Position numbers and translations under genes: made by a program. Under the pieces are notes generated by a model, which did not search any database, was not told the origin of the DNA, and was given only the letters and a program-made list of their open reading frames with translations. DNA of 56,724 nucleotides, taken from assembly GCA_049322615.1 (NCBI GenBank), contig JBMORX010000006.1, positions 1 through 56,724 on the forward strand. The letters run 5' to 3'. The DNA is from Patescibacteria group bacterium. Lineage in GTDB: Bacteria; Patescibacteriota; Microgenomatia; CAYGWK01. How positions within the stretch are numbered: the first letter of the stretch is position 1; each line of letters opens with the position of its first letter. Below are positions 43,812 through 53,126 of the stretch, piece by piece.

Positions 43812-44794
43812 ATTTTCTCTAGTCTTCTGGAAAGAATTTTTCGTTTATAATTATCAACTAACCAAATTAAGATTTTTCTGGGAATTATAATTGTTCCTAA
43901 GCCCAAAAACCAAAATCTGGGGTCAAAAAAATTAGCTGGGCGCAGTTTTAAAAGGATAAGAATCTCTCTAATTAAATTCTTAAAAGTACTGTAATTTTTC
44001 AATTGCACCAACCCAATAAAATTTTTTGCCATTTGTTCTATCCCTGCTTCTCTTACTTCCTGATATTTCTTCCCTTGATAAACAGCGTTAAACATTCTTA
44101 CCCAACTTTCAGTCGGAGAAATGTCGTAGATACTCTTTTTAAACCTTGTTTGTGAACTTTCGATCCGGACTGCCACGGTGTAATCCTTAAGATAAACTAC
44201 TCTGTATTTTTTGGTGATTGAGGCAAAAGGATAAATATGCGCCGGAAAAGTTTCTTCGTGGAAATCCGTATCCATATATTTTCTTCGGTAAGCCAACCCC
44301 GAAAGTTGACCAACTGATTCGAAAATTTTTTGCACTTCTCTTTTACCATCAAAAATGGAGATAATCGCATCTTTATTTTCATCATAAGGAAAGATTGCCC
44401 TAACTGGCTTCCTAAAATTCTCGTCAAACCAATAATACGGCCTAGTAACCAGACCAATTTCTTCTCCCAATAAAAAGGCTTTATAGGTTTTCAAAAGAGC
44501 GTCTTTTAATAGAATATCATCCTGTCCCATCAAAAAGAGAGTATCGCCTTTGGCCAATTTTCTTAAGACCTGAAGATTTTTACCATAGCCTAAATTGACT
44601 TTATTCTGGTGAATTTTTACTCTTTTATCTTTAAGTTTTTTAATTACTTTAAGAGTATCGTCTTTTGAACAATCATCAGAAATAACAAGCTCAAAATCCT
44701 GGAAACTTTGAGAAAGAATACTTTTGAGGGTTTCTCCAATCCACTGGCTGCCATTATAAGTAGGTATGCAGATACTAAATTTTAATTTTCTCAT
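43802..44794 (-). CDS. GT-A (GT2-like) glycosyltransferase
   Basis: 330 aa. Motifs FSICIPTYNGSQWIGETL and LVISDDCSKDDT. Confidence 0.85.
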   Translation of the reverse strand: MRKLKFSICIPTYNGSQWIGETLKSILSQSFQDFELVISDDCSKDDTLKVIKKLKDKRVKIHQNKVNLGYGKNLQVLRKLAKGDTLFLMGQDDILLKDALLKTYKAFLLGEEIGLVTRPYYWFDENFRKPVRAIFPYDENKDAIISIFDGKREVQKIFESVGQLSGLAYRRKYMDTDFHEETFPAHIYPFASITKKYRVVYLKDYTVAVRIESSQTRFKKSIYDISPTESWVRMFNAVYQGKKYQEVREAGIEQMAKNFIGLVQLKNYSTFKNLIREILILLKLRPANFFDPRFWFLGLGTIIIPRKILIWLVDNYKRKILSRRLEKICL

Positions 44795-45909
44795 TTTGTT
44801 AGTTTTTCTATTAGCTCTAATTCTTGCTTGGCCGTTTTACCCCAATCGAATCTATTTGAATTCTCTACCGCTTCTTTTGACATCTTCTGATAGAATCCTC
44901 TATTTTTTAATAAACTAATTACCTCATCAGCAAATTTTTCTACCTGCCCAATTTTTAATTTTACCATCCCTCTGGAAAAAATTTCTCCAAAAACTGGCAA
45001 ATCCCAAGCTACTACCGGCAAACCCAAAGCCTGGGCTTCTAATGGAGTGATTCCAAATCCTTCCTCATGAGAGGGGAAAATAAAAACGCGGCTTGCCTTA
45101 ATAGTCGTAAACGCCTCATCGTCTTCAAGATAACCAAGTAAATCTACATTATCCTTTATCCCGGCAACTTTAATTTCTCTTTTTAATCTTTCTTCTACTT
45201 CTTTCTCACCCTTACCGATAATTCCCAGTGTTGCTTTAGGCTGCTTTTGACATACCAATTTCCATATTTTAATTAAATCAAAAATCCCTTTTGCCGGTCT
45301 TAACTGAGCCATAAATATTCCATCATAACCTCCTTCGGCGGCTTTAATAGATTTTAGGTATCCAAGATTAATCCCTGGGTGATTAACGGCTATCCTTTGC
45401 AGTTCAAAACCTAATGCGGCGAGATTTTTTTTAAGCAAATTATTATCAACAACCACTAAATCAGCCCATTGTTTGATCAAATAAAGACTAATTTTTTGGG
45501 CATAAAAGGGGATTTTCCTTGAAGAAGAAATTAAATGAAAAATATGTTGAATCCAGCGAGTTTTTTTATTTTTAAATTTGAGCCAAAATATCGGTAAAAC
45601 GTCCGGTAAAAAGTCAGAGGTTCCCAAAAGAATGTCGCTTTTTTGGGGTTTTAGTTTTAAAAAAAATACATTAATCGTCCGCTTAATATAAGTCCAAATT
45701 ACATTACGGAACTCTAGCTCACGGGTGGTGATTAAATATTTTGCTTCCAAACCATTTTTTTGACATAAATCTTTGCCCAGTAAAGAGGTAACAACAACCT
45801 TATCGAATTGTTTAATTCTTTTGGCTACCTCGATAAAAACCATATCGCCCCCACTTTTCCCCTGCGAATAGGCATTCATAAAAGCAAATATTTGGGGTTG
45901 ATTCTTCAT
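44791..45909 (-). CDS. GT-B (GT4-like) glycosyltransferase
   Basis: 372 aa. Motif PSHEEGFGITPLEAQALGLPVVAWDLPVFGE. Confidence 0.85.
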   Translation of the reverse strand: MKNQPQIFAFMNAYSQGKSGGDMVFIEVAKRIKQFDKVVVTSLLGKDLCQKNGLEAKYLITTRELEFRNVIWTYIKRTINVFFLKLKPQKSDILLGTSDFLPDVLPIFWLKFKNKKTRWIQHIFHLISSSRKIPFYAQKISLYLIKQWADLVVVDNNLLKKNLAALGFELQRIAVNHPGINLGYLKSIKAAEGGYDGIFMAQLRPAKGIFDLIKIWKLVCQKQPKATLGIIGKGEKEVEERLKREIKVAGIKDNVDLLGYLEDDEAFTTIKASRVFIFPSHEEGFGITPLEAQALGLPVVAWDLPVFGEIFSRGMVKLKIGQVEKFADEVISLLKNRGFYQKMSKEAVENSNRFDWGKTAKQELELIEKLTK

Positions 45910-46793
45910 TTTTTAAAAAATTTTTGATAAAGGTAAACCGCGCCCACCCCAAGCCGCAGAAAATACATTCCACCTGTTAGAATGGGATATTTAATTAGCC
46001 TTTTCCACTTTCTGTTTTCGGTGAAAACCCCAAAATACCGATACCAAAAACCAAATTGTCTCTTAACATCAAGATCGTTTTTACCCCATTTTTGAATATA
46101 TTCCTCGGCGGTGGTAGCATATCCTCCTTTTTTACTGAGGTATTTTCTGAGAGTTAATTCTTCTTCATGATGAAATATTTTATTGGCAGTCATCCCAATT
46201 TTTGCTCCGATGTCTTTTATTTTTTTATTAAAATCCCAATCATCAAAACCGAAAGCAATATTTTCTTCATCAAAACTACCTGCTTTCAAAAACAACCCTC
46301 TTTTTACTATTCTTAGGGCATCAATGCATGTTCCATTATAAAAGCTCCTCTCAAAATTTCTAATCTTTCCAAACAATCCCTTACCAGTTACTTCTTCTGG
46401 TATAAACAATGCATCGAAGTTGTTTTTACCAATGAGATTTGCCGCTTCTTCTACTAGCCTTTCCTCAAAAGTCATATCTGCATCAGGGAAAAATATTAGC
46501 TCTCCCCGGCTTTTCTTAACACCAAAATTTAATTGCACTGCCCTAGGGTTTTTGATTTTCTTCATTTTCTCTAGACCGGGAAGGTTATAAACTCTCTTGG
46601 TGAATTTTTTAGCGATTTCTTTGGTTTTATCATTAGAGTTATTATCAACTACAATAATTTCAATTTTGTCTTGAGGGTAAGTTTGGTGTTTAAGACTTTC
46701 TAAACACCTAAAAATATTTGCTTCTTCATTTTTGGTGGTGATGATGATAGAAATTAATGGTAGATTTTTAGAAACCATATTGTCTTCTCCCAA
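45906..46793 (-). CDS. GT-A (GT2-like) glycosyltransferase
   Basis: 295 aa. Motifs LISIIITTKNEEANIFRCL, IIVVDNNSNDKT and FPDADM. The start may be the ATG at 46778. Confidence 0.85.
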   Translation of the reverse strand: MGEDNMVSKNLPLISIIITTKNEEANIFRCLESLKHQTYPQDKIEIIVVDNNSNDKTKEIAKKFTKRVYNLPGLEKMKKIKNPRAVQLNFGVKKSRGELIFFPDADMTFEERLVEEAANLIGKNNFDALFIPEEVTGKGLFGKIRNFERSFYNGTCIDALRIVKRGLFLKAGSFDEENIAFGFDDWDFNKKIKDIGAKIGMTANKIFHHEEELTLRKYLSKKGGYATTAEEYIQKWGKNDLDVKRQFGFWYRYFGVFTENRKWKRLIKYPILTGGMYFLRLGVGAVYLYQKFFKK

Positions 46794-46877
46794 AATCCGC
46801 TAAATGTCCCCAAATCGCTTTTCCTGCCCGCCAGAGAAATTTAGAATTGTTCCAATTTTTAGCAACAACTATAATCT

Positions 46878-47897
46878 TCATTTTGATATCGATTTATATT
46901 TATAGGTTTTTAAGCTCATAAGCACCTTTTCCTGCTTGCGAGATAAACTAAAACCAATTTCTTTAAATTTATTTAGATTTTGCCAGTTGTGTAGATATAG
47001 ATGAAAATAAGTATTTTCACCCTTTCTGCTTGGATAAATTTTTGCCTTGATTCCAAAATCTTTTAAGAGTCTAGCTATATCACTTAATCCTTTGTAGTTA
47101 GCAGAATAGGCAGTCACTCTATGTCCTCTCACATCAACTGAGCCATCTGAGTTAAAATAGCCCTGGAGAAAAGCTTTTTTAATATCTTCGTCGCCATTTT
47201 TTATCTGTCCAGGAACGCGCCAGACATAGACACCAAATTCTCCATATCTCTTCAAGTCTAAATATGCTTGTTTTGAATCTATAATAACAGTGGTATAGGA
47301 AACCACTCTTCCATTCTGCATCCTTTCTTCCTCAATTGGTTCTTTTCTTATACCATAAGTGCGAAAGAAACAATCTGCAAATTCCTCAATAAACTCCTTA
47401 TCTTTTGCTAGAACAGATAATTTAATTTGAAATCGATCCGTCTTCTGACAACCATCTCCACATAATGTGCCTAGAATATATGCTTTATCTGAAGTTAAAA
47501 TATGAGCATTCCTTTTAACCTTGTATTTGTGAACACGATTCAAAGGTAAACCGGCCGTTAATAAAGCTTTGTTCCAAAAACCAAATCTTCTGCAAGCAGC
47601 GCTAGATAAACCTAAATCATCGTCACATTTTGGTGACTGCCCATCCCTCTCATATCGTTCCCGTAGGGTTTGTAAGATTTTTTCTTTAGTCCACTTTCTG
47701 GGTGGACGAGAAAGGATATTTCTTAAAGAAATGCCTGCCTTTTTAAGTATTCTTTTTAATCTATTATCTGCAATGCAATAGGACTTCGCAATCTTTCTAA
47801 GACCAAGACCTTTTTTATATTGGAATACTATGTCTTTCTTCTCCTTATTAGTTAAAACTGTAGGAGCAAACTGTCCTTTTTTATTTCGCTTTCTCAT
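46878..47897 (-). CDS. Free-standing double-motif LAGLIDADG homing endonuclease with N-terminal HTH and a homing-endonuclease-associated repeat
   Basis: 339 aa. The two LAGLIDADG motifs are YILGTLCGDGC and FLQGYFNSDGSV. The N-terminal part has GLGLRKIAKSYCIADNRLKRILKKAG (HTH-like) and KWTKEKILQTLRE...FGFWNKALLTAGL. Confidence 0.7.
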   Translation of the reverse strand: MRKRNKKGQFAPTVLTNKEKKDIVFQYKKGLGLRKIAKSYCIADNRLKRILKKAGISLRNILSRPPRKWTKEKILQTLRERYERDGQSPKCDDDLGLSSAACRRFGFWNKALLTAGLPLNRVHKYKVKRNAHILTSDKAYILGTLCGDGCQKTDRFQIKLSVLAKDKEFIEEFADCFFRTYGIRKEPIEEERMQNGRVVSYTTVIIDSKQAYLDLKRYGEFGVYVWRVPGQIKNGDEDIKKAFLQGYFNSDGSVDVRGHRVTAYSANYKGLSDIARLLKDFGIKAKIYPSRKGENTYFHLYLHNWQNLNKFKEIGFSLSRKQEKVLMSLKTYKYKSISK

Positions 47898-47906
47898 TTA
47901 ATTTTC

Positions 47907-49403
47907 CTACTTCTGAAAGTCTCTGAGATGTCCCAATACCTTTTTTCCTGCCATTAAAATAAATTTTACATCGTCCAGACTTCTTATATTGATCAACCTT
48001 CTAATAATAAACTCTGGATCAAAGGCAACTTTATAAATTTCTTGAACTAACCTCTTCAGTTCGCTATCTTTCATTTTAGTCTTTAATACCGGCTCGCTCA
48101 TATCATACCTATCCCAATTCAAAGTTTTTAACCAGCCTTTTTCTTTGGCTTCTTTAAACAAAGCAGTGCCTGGATACGGGACAATTAAAGTGGCTTGTAA
48201 AGTGTCCGCATAGCCCTTTCTTAACAAATTTTTCCCCAATTTAACTGTTTCCAAAGCATCTTCTTTACTTTCCCAAGGATAACCTAGCATTATTGTAATG
48301 TGGGGCTCTAAGCCAGCCTTTTTCGCTTCCCTACAAGAATCTGTTATTTGCTCTACCTTCAAGTTTTTATTAATCTTATCCAAAGTTTCCTGATTGGCTG
48401 ATTCCAAACCAAATAAAAGCATTCTGAAGCCTGCTTTTTTCATTAGTTTATAGTCATTAAAGCTACACGCTCCAAACCTCATATTGCAACTAAAATCTAT
48501 CTTCTTGTTGTAGCCCCTTTTTATCATTAATCCACAGAATTTTTTAAGCTGATCGCCAATAATAAAGGTCCCAGTGTCATCAAACACAGTTTGAACTCCA
48601 TAACTATCTATTAAGAAACCAATTTCATCAATAACCAGTTCTGGCTTCCTAGCTCTCCAGGCGGGAAAGAGAGTCGTCCAACTGCAAAAAGAGCAGCCAC
48701 CATTGATTCTATGCCAACAATCCCGACCTGCCATAATATAAGTCCCGGGTGTTCGTTTATAATTCCCATTCTCATAAGCATAAAGTCGCCATTTGGTTAA
48801 ATCACGATCAATAAAAGGTAATTTATTAAGATCGTGATTTAATTGAAATTTCCCCGTGTTTGAATAATTTTCAATTTTACTTTGTAATTTTTCATTTTTA
48901 TTTTTTATTTTTTCATTTGTTCTGTACCAGATTCCTGGTTGCAGTTTTTCTCCTTTAGTTAAATGATTAGCTAAATTCAAAAGCAAAAAATCATAGTCTC
49001 CACCAGTCAAAACATAATCCACTTTTGAATTTTTAAAACTCTCCTCCGGCAATGCCGTAACATGATCCCCCACCAGAACCCACTTCGCCCTTCGCCCTTC
49101 GCCCTTCGCCATATTTATAATCTCCCACTGTCTTTTTACCACTGGCGTTTTTGTTTCCATCATTATCAAATCAGGTTCAGCTTTCCTCACTTCCTCAAGC
49201 CACTTTTGATAACTCCATTTTTCCGCTATTCCATCCAACCAAATCACCTCGTAACCAGCATTTTCTAGCATTGTTGCTGCATAGGCGGGAACCATGGGAT
49301 AAATATAAGTCGGATTATGAAACCGCTGAAATTGCCGGTTTTGCGAAAGCAGGGGGATGCCTTTTTCTGAATCCATTGGAGGATAACCAATAGCAATTTT
49401 CAT
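47907..49403 (-). CDS. B12-binding-domain radical SAM enzyme with noncanonical Cys spacing
   Basis: 498 aa. It has an N-terminal B12-like domain (MKIAIGYPP...VLVGDHVTALPEE). The only cluster candidate is GRDCWHRINGGCSFC (C-x7-C-x2-C). Confidence 0.7.
   Translation of the reverse strand: MKIAIGYPPMDSEKGIPLLSQNRQFQRFHNPTYIYPMVPAYAATMLENAGYEVIWLDGIAEKWSYQKWLEEVRKAEPDLIMMETKTPVVKRQWEIINMAKGEGRRAKWVLVGDHVTALPEESFKNSKVDYVLTGGDYDFLLLNLANHLTKGEKLQPGIWYRTNEKIKNKNEKLQSKIENYSNTGKFQLNHDLNKLPFIDRDLTKWRLYAYENGNYKRTPGTYIMAGRDCWHRINGGCSFCSWTTLFPAWRARKPELVIDEIGFLIDSYGVQTVFDDTGTFIIGDQLKKFCGLMIKRGYNKKIDFSCNMRFGACSFNDYKLMKKAGFRMLLFGLESANQETLDKINKNLKVEQITDSCREAKKAGLEPHITIMLGYPWESKEDALETVKLGKNLLRKGYADTLQATLIVPYPGTALFKEAKEKGWLKTLNWDRYDMSEPVLKTKMKDSELKRLVQEIYKVAFDPEFIIRRLINIRSLDDVKFILMAGKKVLGHLRDFQK
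48866..48920. repeat. AT-rich in-frame module, degenerate copy 7
   Basis: The sequence aattttcaattttactttgtaatttttcatttttattttttattttttcattt translates as NEKIKNKNEKLQSKIENY. Confidence 0.55.
49083..49110. repeat. Perfect GC-rich heptamer array CTTCGCC x4
   Basis: Read directly (28 bp). It translates as MAKGEGRRAKW in a loop of the B12-binding domain. Confidence 0.95.
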
Positions 49404-49425
49404 TGCTTTTTAGTATAACATAATC

Positions 49426-51279
49426 ATGAATCTTACTCGAACGCAGAAAAAATTCATCAAAAAAAACCTTCGGCGTCTTTCTTTAGCCGAAATTGCTAAT
49501 AGTCTTAGCCTCTCAGAAAAAGAAATCCTGGATTATCTTCGATCTTCTTGGTCAAAAGAAAAATATGAGAAATTTTTAAAGCAACAAAAAAACGAAACCA
49601 AACAACAAACCCCGCTCTTGTCTTCTCTGGCTCATTTGAACTTCAAACAGTGGGTCAAGCAAAATTGGAAAGCCTTTGCCTTTTTGACCCTTTTAGTCTT
49701 TGCTGTTTACTTTAATTCTTTGGGCAATGATTTTGTTTCTGATGATATAGGTTCGATTAAAGATAACCCCAATATTGGCAAATTTAGTTACTTAACCTAT
49801 TTCCAAATGAATTTAAGAGCGATGATTATTTTTTTGACACATAAAATCTTCGGCTTAAATCCTCTATTTTATCGACTCTCAAATATTCTATTCCATTTAG
49901 GATCAGCCTGGGTTATCTTTATTCTTCTCGGTTTCTTCTTCAGGTCACCAATTCCTCTATTTACTGCTACTATTTTTGCTGTTCATCCAATTCTCACCGA
50001 ATCGGTCTCCTGGATATCCGGTGGACCTTATTCTAATGGAGCCTTCTTCATTCTCTTCTCATTTCTAGCTTACATTTACTCGGTAAATAACAAAGGGGGT
50101 AAGTTTTACCTTATCTCCGTGTTCTCATTTATCTTGGCGCTTCTTTCTAACAGCAAACTCATTATTTTCCCATTTATCTTGCTTTTATATGAGTTTTGTT
50201 TTAATCCGTCAGCTGGTGGATTAAAAATCAATTGGCAAAAAATAATCCCCTTTGTGGGAATTAGCGGATTGGAAGCATTATATCTTTTGGGTTTGCTGGG
50301 TGTCAGAATTACTTCACTGGAAACCACCTCTTATCAGGAACCAGGCATGTATAATCCCTTAATCCAAATTCCTATTGCCGTGACTTCTTATCTTGAGCTT
50401 ATTCTCTGGCCTAAAAATTTAACTTTATATCACTCAGAAATGACTTTTAGCCAATTGGAATATCTTTTAAGATTAGTGGTTTTTCTCTTTTTCCTAGGGG
50501 GTATAATTTGGAGTTTTAAGCGCTACCGACAGTTTTTTTTCTGGTCAAGCTTCTTTATAATCACCCTCCTACCCACCCTTATTCCTTTAAAAATTGCCTG
50601 GATTGTGGCTGAGCGATATGTTTATCTTGGGACTTTGGGAATTTTTGTTTTGGCAGCCTTGGCAATCCAAAAAATTAGCCAAATCTTTAAAAACCAAAAG
50701 GTTTCTTATGTTCTTTTAGGAATTATCCTCTTGCTTCTAGCTACCCGTACAATCACCAGAAATTTTGACTGGAAAAACCAAGATACTTTGTGGTTAGCCA
50801 CAGCCAAAACTTCGCCCTCAAGCGCCCAAAACCATAATAATTTGGGCGATTACTATGCTCGTCACGGAAATCTAGAAAAAGCCGCTGAAGAGTTTAAAAA
50901 AGCGATTGAAATTAATCCTCGCTATGGAGATGCTTACCATAATTTAGCCAACACTTACCAACAGATGGGAAAAACTGATTTAGCCATCGAAAGTTATCAA
51001 AAAGCTCTTTCTTTTAATCCTAATCTTTGGCAGTCTTATCAAAATCTGGCCACCATTTATTTTGAAAAGGAAAAATATGATTTAGCCAAACTGGAATTAG
51101 AAAAAGCTATTAAAGTCAATCCTCAAAACACTAATTTATACACCAATCTGGGTATTGTTTATCTTAAATTGGGAGAGAAACAAAAGGCCCAAGAAACATT
51201 CCAGCAAGCTCTTCAAATCGACCCAAACGACCAGAGAGCAAAAGCCATCTTACTTGAACTAATCAAAGAGGCTCCTTAA
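49426..51279 (+). CDS. TMTC-like GT-C membrane transferase with C-terminal TPR repeats
   Basis: 617 aa. NDFVSDDIGSIKDNPNI follows TM1, there are about 10 helices, and then at least 4 TPR units (AQNHNNLGDYYARHGNLEKAAEEFKKAIEINP ...). Confidence 0.65.
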   Translation: MNLTRTQKKFIKKNLRRLSLAEIANSLSLSEKEILDYLRSSWSKEKYEKFLKQQKNETKQQTPLLSSLAHLNFKQWVKQNWKAFAFLTLLVFAVYFNSLGNDFVSDDIGSIKDNPNIGKFSYLTYFQMNLRAMIIFLTHKIFGLNPLFYRLSNILFHLGSAWVIFILLGFFFRSPIPLFTATIFAVHPILTESVSWISGGPYSNGAFFILFSFLAYIYSVNNKGGKFYLISVFSFILALLSNSKLIIFPFILLLYEFCFNPSAGGLKINWQKIIPFVGISGLEALYLLGLLGVRITSLETTSYQEPGMYNPLIQIPIAVTSYLELILWPKNLTLYHSEMTFSQLEYLLRLVVFLFFLGGIIWSFKRYRQFFFWSSFFIITLLPTLIPLKIAWIVAERYVYLGTLGIFVLAALAIQKISQIFKNQKVSYVLLGIILLLLATRTITRNFDWKNQDTLWLATAKTSPSSAQNHNNLGDYYARHGNLEKAAEEFKKAIEINPRYGDAYHNLANTYQQMGKTDLAIESYQKALSFNPNLWQSYQNLATIYFEKEKYDLAKLELEKAIKVNPQNTNLYTNLGIVYLKLGEKQKAQETFQQALQIDPNDQRAKAILLELIKEAP

Positions 51280-51301
51280 ATCAATTCAATTGTCCCCGTT
51301 T

Positions 51302-51320
51302 TATTGCCATGGCAAATTAA
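51302..51320. repeat. 19-bp repeat tattgccatggcaaattaa (left copy), containing the 12-bp palindrome ttgccatggcaa
   Basis: Read directly. It is identical to 51928-51946. Confidence 0.95.
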
Positions 51321-51335
51321 AAAGACGAAATAGGC

Positions 51336-51905
51336 TTAAATTTTGAAAATTTTTCTTAATAAAGTATCATTACCAATATTCGCCGCCACAATCAGTCTCA
51401 ACTCTTTTTCCTCCAGTCCAAAAAATTCTCTTAAAAGCTCTATTTCATCCCGACATTCAAACGGACAAATCCAAACACTCTTTTGCAAAGAAACAAAACC
51501 CAATTCTTTCAGTTTTCCCCTCAGGGCTTCTCTGTGTAACTTTTTTAACTGAGCAATATCAAAAATTACTATCCTCCATTTCCGATCCCAATCTTTTGGT
51601 CTTTTAATTTTCAAAGCATCTATTTGTAGCCATCCTGCCATCTTTCGGCCTTCCTTTGTCAGACTTATGTAGATTTGATGTCTATCCTCTTTAATCTCCA
51701 AGTACCCATGATTGCGCAAGCGAGAGAACACATCGCCCAGTCTTTTGCCTTTATATTTTTGCCATTTCTTCAAACCCCTCATCAGATTTATGCCAAAATA
51801 AGGAGAAGTCGCCGCAAAACAAACTAGGCCGCTTATGGCTAACCACTGAATAATATCTTTGACGATTTCAGATCTTGGTTTCTTAAAATAATATTTATAT
51901 TTCAT
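51336..51905 (-). CDS. PaaX-like regulator (winged helix plus Cas2-fold-like C-domain) with an N-terminal hydrophobic helix
   Basis: I trimmed the TTG-initiated ORF to the ATG at 51905. LRNHGYLEIKEDRHQIYISLTKEGRKMA is wHTH-like. WDRKWRIVIFDIAQLKKLHREALRGKLKELGFVSLQKSVWICP resembles the PaaX C-terminal domain. Confidence 0.5.
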   Translation of the reverse strand: MKYKYYFKKPRSEIVKDIIQWLAISGLVCFAATSPYFGINLMRGLKKWQKYKGKRLGDVFSRLRNHGYLEIKEDRHQIYISLTKEGRKMAGWLQIDALKIKRPKDWDRKWRIVIFDIAQLKKLHREALRGKLKELGFVSLQKSVWICPFECRDEIELLREFFGLEEKELRLIVAANIGNDTLLRKIFKI

Positions 51906-51927
51906 CTCCCTAAATTTTAACACATTA

Positions 51928-51946
51928 TATTGCCATGGCAAATTAA
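51928..51946. repeat. 19-bp repeat tattgccatggcaaattaa (right copy)
   Basis: Read directly. It lies 23 bp upstream of the ATG at 51905. Confidence 0.95.
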
Positions 51947-52071
51947 GATGTTAATTTTGACCTCCTGAACTTGACCCCCCTACTCATCATCCAAGTACTA
52001 GACCACTAATGATCTCTTCTTTAATTACGCTTATTTATTAAGTTCTTAAGTATCCCCCTAAACAAGAAATA

Positions 52072-52099
52072 GAAAAAGCCATAAAGGAGAGTCTCCTTT
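52072..52099 (-). terminator. Weak terminator-like hairpin downstream of the GT2 gene
   Basis: The sequence aaaggag-agt-ctccttt at 52083-52099 forms a 7-bp stem. On the minus strand it is followed by atggcttttt. Confidence 0.3.
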
Positions 52100-52127
52100 T
52101 AATCAGGGATTAACATTAGCAAGGCAC

Positions 52128-53126
52128 TCATCTTTTCAGTTTCGGGGAGAAAAAGCCTTTGATAAACAAAACCCCGTAAACAAAATGGGTGATAAAAATT
52201 GAAGGAATAACTAGCAAAGCCAACTTTAGATTCTTTTCTTTGAAATAGACTTGAATGGCAGTCAATAAAAGCGCGAGAGAATAAATCCCTAAGACCAAAA
52301 GGTATAAAAATTTGAAAACAGGGTGGATAAACGCTAAGAAAAGACCAAAAACAAGACCTAAAACGAAAAAGGTGGGAATAAGATAACCGAGACGAAAGGA
52401 AGTCTGGGGAAGAATCCGGGCAAAATGACCACGATGGATAGCATAACGGCTAATCTGCTGCAAATGTGGACCAAAGACTTCCCTTCGGTGGTGATAAACT
52501 AAAACCCTAGGGTCATAAATTATTTTCTTGCCTAATTTTTTGGTTAAGTCTAAACACAGTTTCGTATCTTCTCCAGGCCAGAAATGAGAATCAAAACCTC
52601 CAACGTTTAAGAAATCTTTTTTTCTGACTAAAAAATTAACTGTCGGATAATCATCTACCTCCTGCCTTATACTTACAGCACAGCGATAAGTTCCTGCTCC
52701 CCCGCTCCCCAGCGTTGTTGACCAGACATAACCCGAGGCTTTTTGCCGGAGATTGTCGTAAGGAGGCGTTAAAGTGGGACCGCAAACAGCAGAAATCGAA
52801 TGGTTAAAAATCGCCAGGGCATTTTTAAGCCAGTTTTTATCCGGATAAGAATCATCATCCAAAAAGGCTAAAATTTCCCCCCTTGCCTTTCTGGCGCCAA
52901 TATCTCTTTTATCTGCTGGACCAGTTTTTGGCCAGGTGGGAATAACTTTTGTTTTGAGAAATTTTTCTTTCGTCGATCTATCAGGAAGAAGGATTATTTC
53001 AAAATCTGGATAAGTTTGGGCCAGGATTGCCGGGATTGTCTCTCTCCGGAGGAAATCATTAATCTTTTTAACAGGAATAATAATGGAAACTTTTATCTTT
53101 TTGAATTTTGATTTGTCGTTTTTCAT
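52128..53126 (-). CDS. GT-A (GT2-like) glycosyltransferase with C-terminal transmembrane helices
   Basis: 332 aa. Motifs VSIIIPVKKINDFL, ILLPDRS and FLDDDS, with three C-terminal hydrophobic helices. Confidence 0.85.
   Translation of the reverse strand: MKNDKSKFKKIKVSIIIPVKKINDFLRRETIPAILAQTYPDFEIILLPDRSTKEKFLKTKVIPTWPKTGPADKRDIGARKARGEILAFLDDDSYPDKNWLKNALAIFNHSISAVCGPTLTPPYDNLRQKASGYVWSTTLGSGGAGTYRCAVSIRQEVDDYPTVNFLVRKKDFLNVGGFDSHFWPGEDTKLCLDLTKKLGKKIIYDPRVLVYHHRREVFGPHLQQISRYAIHRGHFARILPQTSFRLGYLIPTFFVLGLVFGLFLAFIHPVFKFLYLLVLGIYSLALLLTAIQVYFKEKNLKLALLVIPSIFITHFVYGVLFIKGFFSPKLKR

Noticed and set aside
51302-51320. The palindrome ttgccatggcaa as the intrinsic terminator of the TMTC-like gene.
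   Set aside because: A 12-bp palindrome with no loop gives at most a 4-bp stem, and there is no following T-run. The identical second copy upstream of the regulator gene points to a protein-binding or recombination role instead.
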